From Candidatus Lustribacter sp. (GTDB lineage: Bacteria; Vulcanimicrobiota; Vulcanimicrobiia; Vulcanimicrobiales; Vulcanimicrobiaceae): 64,000 nucleotides of DNA. Below are positions 60,940 through 64,000 of the stretch, piece after piece. A program made the position numbers and the translations under genes. The stretch covers positions 1,216,001-1,280,000 of the forward strand of contig OZ255842.1 in NCBI GenBank assembly GCA_965277805.1. Reading direction: 5' to 3'. Within the stretch, counting starts at the first letter, position 1. Each line of letters opens with the position of its first letter. Below the pieces are notes generated by a model that was given only the letters and a program-made list of their open reading frames with translations, was not told the origin of the DNA and did no database searches.

Positions 60940-62307
60940 ATGGAGGCGAATGGATCGGCTCGTCGCGGCAGCGTCCTCGCGCTGACTGCGGCGTGCATCG
61001 TATATGCGGTAGCCCTTACGCTGCTCGGCGCCGATCGCTACCTGAGTTACAAATCGGGCGGGGACCTCGGCGAGTTCGTGCAGACGATCTCGACGCCGTT
61101 CTCGGGCTTCGGCGACATCCCCGAGGGCGGCAGCCACTTTCTCCATCATTTCTCGCCGCTGCTCTACCTCTGCTCGCCGCTGCTGTTGCTGACCCACTCG
61201 CCGATCGTGCTCAACGTGGTGCAAGGCATCGCCGGAGCGCTGGTCGCGCCGGCCATCTTCTTGCTCGTGCGCAAACGCGCCGGTGCGCGGCTCGGGCTGC
61301 TCGCGGCCTGCGTCTCGCTGCTCTACCCGGCGCTCGTCGGCGTGTCGTTCACGGAGTTCAGCGAGAACGTCTTCGCGCCGGCGACGATCGCGTGGCTGGC
61401 ATGGGCCGTCGACGCGCGCCGCTGGCGGTGGGCCGCCGTGCTGGTGGCTGTCGGTCTCGCCATTAAAGAAGATGAAGCACTGATGTTCATCGTGCTCGGT
61501 GCGGGCTTCGCGGTGTGGGCCAAGCGGCGCGGCGACGTGCCGCTGTTCCGTTTCGCGGCCGCTACGGCGATCGCGGGGGTGCTCACGTTGCTGCTGTTCT
61601 TCGCCGTCGTGCGGCCGCTGGTGGGCGGGCACGACACGTGGTTTGCCTTCAGCTACATTACGAACCCGAACGTCTCGCAAGAAGGCATCATGGCCGTGCT
61701 CGGCCGGCTGAGCTATCTGCTCGAAGCGTTGGTTCCGCTCTGCTTCGTACCGGTGTTCGGCTGGCCCGCGCTGATCGTCGTGCCGGGCCTGATCGAAGTG
61801 CTGTCATCGCGCTGGCCCTACACCTACACGATGGGCCAGCACTACGCCGGCGTGTGGATCGGCGAGATGCTCGTCGCCTACGGGCTCGTGCTTGCCGCGA
61901 TCGCGCGCGTGCGGGGCCCGCGCTTCGCTTCACGTTTGGCGATCGCATCGATCGTGATCTGTCTCTTGAATCTCGGTCTCGCCTCGCCGACGCACTGGCG
62001 GCATTACCTCGGTCCGGTGACGGCGCACGATCGCGCGATCGACGCGGTCATCGCGATCCTGCCGCCGGATGCCGATGTCGGAACGCACGATGAGATCTAC
62101 AGCCATCTCGGCTTCGATCCGAACGCGCGCAACGAGTGGGCCTCGCAGCCGCAATACATCCTCGTCGACAACCAGTACCCGTCGGATTACTGGCACACGG
62201 TGCAGCGTCCGCAACTCGACGCGCTGATCCGCCGGCACGTCTACGCGCTCGTGCGCGCCGACGACGGGGTGGAACTCTACCGGAAGAACGCCAGCAGCGC
62301 GTCGTAG
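60940..62307 (+). CDS. DUF2079-like polytopic membrane protein (GT-C-like)
   Basis: DLGEFVQ, HFSPLL, FSEN, IKED, HY motifs; many TM segments. Confidence 0.8.
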   Translation: MEANGSARRGSVLALTAACIVYAVALTLLGADRYLSYKSGGDLGEFVQTISTPFSGFGDIPEGGSHFLHHFSPLLYLCSPLLLLTHSPIVLNVVQGIAGALVAPAIFLLVRKRAGARLGLLAACVSLLYPALVGVSFTEFSENVFAPATIAWLAWAVDARRWRWAAVLVAVGLAIKEDEALMFIVLGAGFAVWAKRRGDVPLFRFAAATAIAGVLTLLLFFAVVRPLVGGHDTWFAFSYITNPNVSQEGIMAVLGRLSYLLEALVPLCFVPVFGWPALIVVPGLIEVLSSRWPYTYTMGQHYAGVWIGEMLVAYGLVLAAIARVRGPRFASRLAIASIVICLLNLGLASPTHWRHYLGPVTAHDRAIDAVIAILPPDADVGTHDEIYSHLGFDPNARNEWASQPQYILVDNQYPSDYWHTVQRPQLDALIRRHVYALVRADDGVELYRKNASSAS

Positions 62308-63155
62308 GTCGCATCGGGCGCCTCTTCCGGCAAGAGGTGCCCGCAATCCAACGCGTGGCCGCGCACGTCGCTTGCGCGTTCGCGCCACGTAGCCAGCACG
62401 TCATAGAGTTGCCCGACCACGCCCTTCGCACCCCATAATGCGAGCAGCGGTGCGTTAACGATGCGCCCGGCGCTCGCATCGGCGGCGTCGAGTTCGAGCC
62501 CGATGCCGGCGGCGGCGCGATAATCTTCGCAACAGGCATGAATCGTCGCCGGATTGCAGTAGCAGCGGAGATATTCCGCGATCGCGGCATCCGTGATCGC
62601 ACCGGGCGTTTTGTTCTGCCGCCCGATGTGCTCGCGCAAGTAGAATTCCGGATCCAGACCGATGAGGTGTTCGGGAATCGGATAGGGCTGGATCTGGAAG
62701 AACCACCACACGTAACGCACGGCGAACGCCATGTCCGTGCGCGCGTACATCGTGAGCGTCGGCGCGATGTCGAGCACGGCGAGGCGTTGAATCGCCGCGG
62801 GCGCATCGAGCGCCATGCGATGCGCGACGCGCGCGCCGCGATCGTGTCCGGCGACGCCGAAGCGCTCGAAGCCGAAGCTGCGCATCACGGCGAGCTGGTC
62901 GCGGGCCTGCGCGCGCGGCGAGTAATTGACGTGGCGCTCGCCGCCCTCGGGTTTGCTCGAATCGCCGTAGCCACGCAAGTCGGTGAGCACGACCGTGAAG
63001 TGCTCGGCCAGCCGGCCAGCGATCTTATGCCAGCAGACGTGCGTTTGCGGATGCCCGTGCATCAAGAGCAATGGCGGTCCGCTGCCGCCGCGCAGCGTGT
63101 GGATCGTCGCGCCCTCGGTCGCGATCTCGGATGCGGTGAAGCCGGGAAAGAACAC
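62277..63155 (-). CDS. Alpha/beta hydrolase, haloacetate dehalogenase-like
   Basis: HGHPQT, DLRGYG, GHDRGARV (Asp nucleophile), EDYRA, CGH. Confidence 0.9.
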   Translation of the reverse strand: MFFPGFTASEIATEGATIHTLRGGSGPPLLLMHGHPQTHVCWHKIAGRLAEHFTVVLTDLRGYGDSSKPEGGERHVNYSPRAQARDQLAVMRSFGFERFGVAGHDRGARVAHRMALDAPAAIQRLAVLDIAPTLTMYARTDMAFAVRYVWWFFQIQPYPIPEHLIGLDPEFYLREHIGRQNKTPGAITDAAIAEYLRCYCNPATIHACCEDYRAAAGIGLELDAADASAGRIVNAPLLALWGAKGVVGQLYDVLATWRERASDVRGHALDCGHLLPEEAPDATYDALLAFFR

Positions 63156-64000
63156 CTAGGGGCCGGTGTGCGAGCTGTCCGTCTTAACGACGATGACCGA
63201 CGGGCCGGCGACGGCGAAGGCGCGGTCGAGCGCGCCTTGCAGATCGGCGATGCGCTCGACGGACTCGCCGTGCGCGCCGAAACCGCGCGCGATGGCGGCG
63301 ATGTCCGGGCCGCGCAGGTCGCTGGCCGGAAAGGCCTTGCTGCCGGCGCCTTTACGGTGGCGTTTCACTGCCGCGCGCACCGCCGCATACGACGCGTTGT
63401 CGATCACGACGTAGGTGATCGGCAGCTGCATCTGCTGCGCCGTGAACAGCGCCTGAATGCCGAACTGAAACGAACCGTCGCCGACGACGTCGACGACGCG
63501 CGCTTTCGGGCGCGCGAGCTGCACGCCGATCGCGCCGCCCATGCCCCAGCTGAGCGAGCCGCCGGCGGCAGTGAGATGTTCGCGCGCCGCATCGGGAACG
63601 ATCGACTCGGCCAGATAGCCGCCGCTCGTCACCGCGTCGTTAATCACGAAGCAGTCGCGCGGCAGCATTTCGTTCAGCGCTTCGCACAGCACTTGCGGAT
63701 GAATCGGCGTTTCGGCGTAACGGGCGCGCAGCGCCGCCCGGTGCGCATCGGTTGCGCTGCGATAGGCCGCGATCGCCGCGGCTTTGTGCGCGGCGCGGGC
63801 GCTGCTCGTCGCCGGCGCGATCGCGCCGATGAGATCGCACAAGCCCAGCTCGGCGTTGCCGGCGAGGCCGACGTCGACGCCGGCAAGTTTGCCGATTTGC
63901 GCGGGATCGCTGCACAGATGGATGACCTTCGCCGCGGCGGGTTGCAAGGGGCCGCGCGCTTCCTCGAACTCGACGAACGAGTACATCCCGGCGTAGAGCA
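63156..64000 (-). CDS. ThDP-dependent enzyme (benzoylformate decarboxylase-like), C-terminal part; start beyond window
   Basis: GGSLSWGMG, VVGDGSFQF...IDNASY. Confidence 0.85.
   Translation of the reverse strand, partial: LYAGMYSFVEFEEARGPLQPAAAKVIHLCSDPAQIGKLAGVDVGLAGNAELGLCDLIGAIAPATSSARAAHKAAAIAAYRSATDAHRAALRARYAETPIHPQVLCEALNEMLPRDCFVINDAVTSGGYLAESIVPDAAREHLTAAGGSLSWGMGGAIGVQLARPKARVVDVVGDGSFQFGIQALFTAQQMQLPITYVVIDNASYAAVRAAVKRHRKGAGSKAFPASDLRGPDIAAIARGFGAHGESVERIADLQGALDRAFAVAGPSVIVVKTDSSHTGP

Noticed and set aside
59929-62307. Extensively overlapping 583 aa and 713 aa ORFs
   Set aside because: Real genes are divergent (starts about 60879 minus and 60940 plus); the extensions are antisense read-through

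Overview
This is a 64 kb high-GC bacterial chromosome window. Gene content (stalk-domain beta-barrel protein, carboxypeptidase-like/TonB-type receptor, orphan NMT1-type binding proteins) is compatible with Eremiobacterota/Vulcanimicrobiota, but that taxonomy is inference only. Positions 1-31.5 kb are accessory and metabolic: ArsR/SRPBCC, flavin amino-acid oxidase, Rieske oxygenase, an IclR-linked ABC transporter operon ending in a form IV RuBisCO-like protein, a carotenoid hydratase/glycosyltransferase/acyltransferase trio, recQ, a TonB-like receptor with a two-component system, and an MFS pump. Positions 31.6-57.3 kb hold the str, S10, spc and partial alpha ribosomal clusters. These are broken between rpsJ and rplC by about 8.7 kb, lack rpmD and infA at their usual positions, and terminate after rpsM. 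The most interesting observations are: (1) a tandemly duplicated module of a twin-arginine-signal ThDP enzyme plus a secreted monoheme cytochrome c inside the rpsJ-rplC gap; (2) a short REP-like palindromic element found both between genes and in frame inside three proteins, including ribosomal protein S3; (3) structured candidate leaders before rplC and a zinc-ribbon gene; (4) a TetR regulator with a transposase/integrase-like N-terminal domain. No rRNA, tRNA, CRISPR array or intact transposase was seen. All calls come from reading motifs by eye; no database searches were run.
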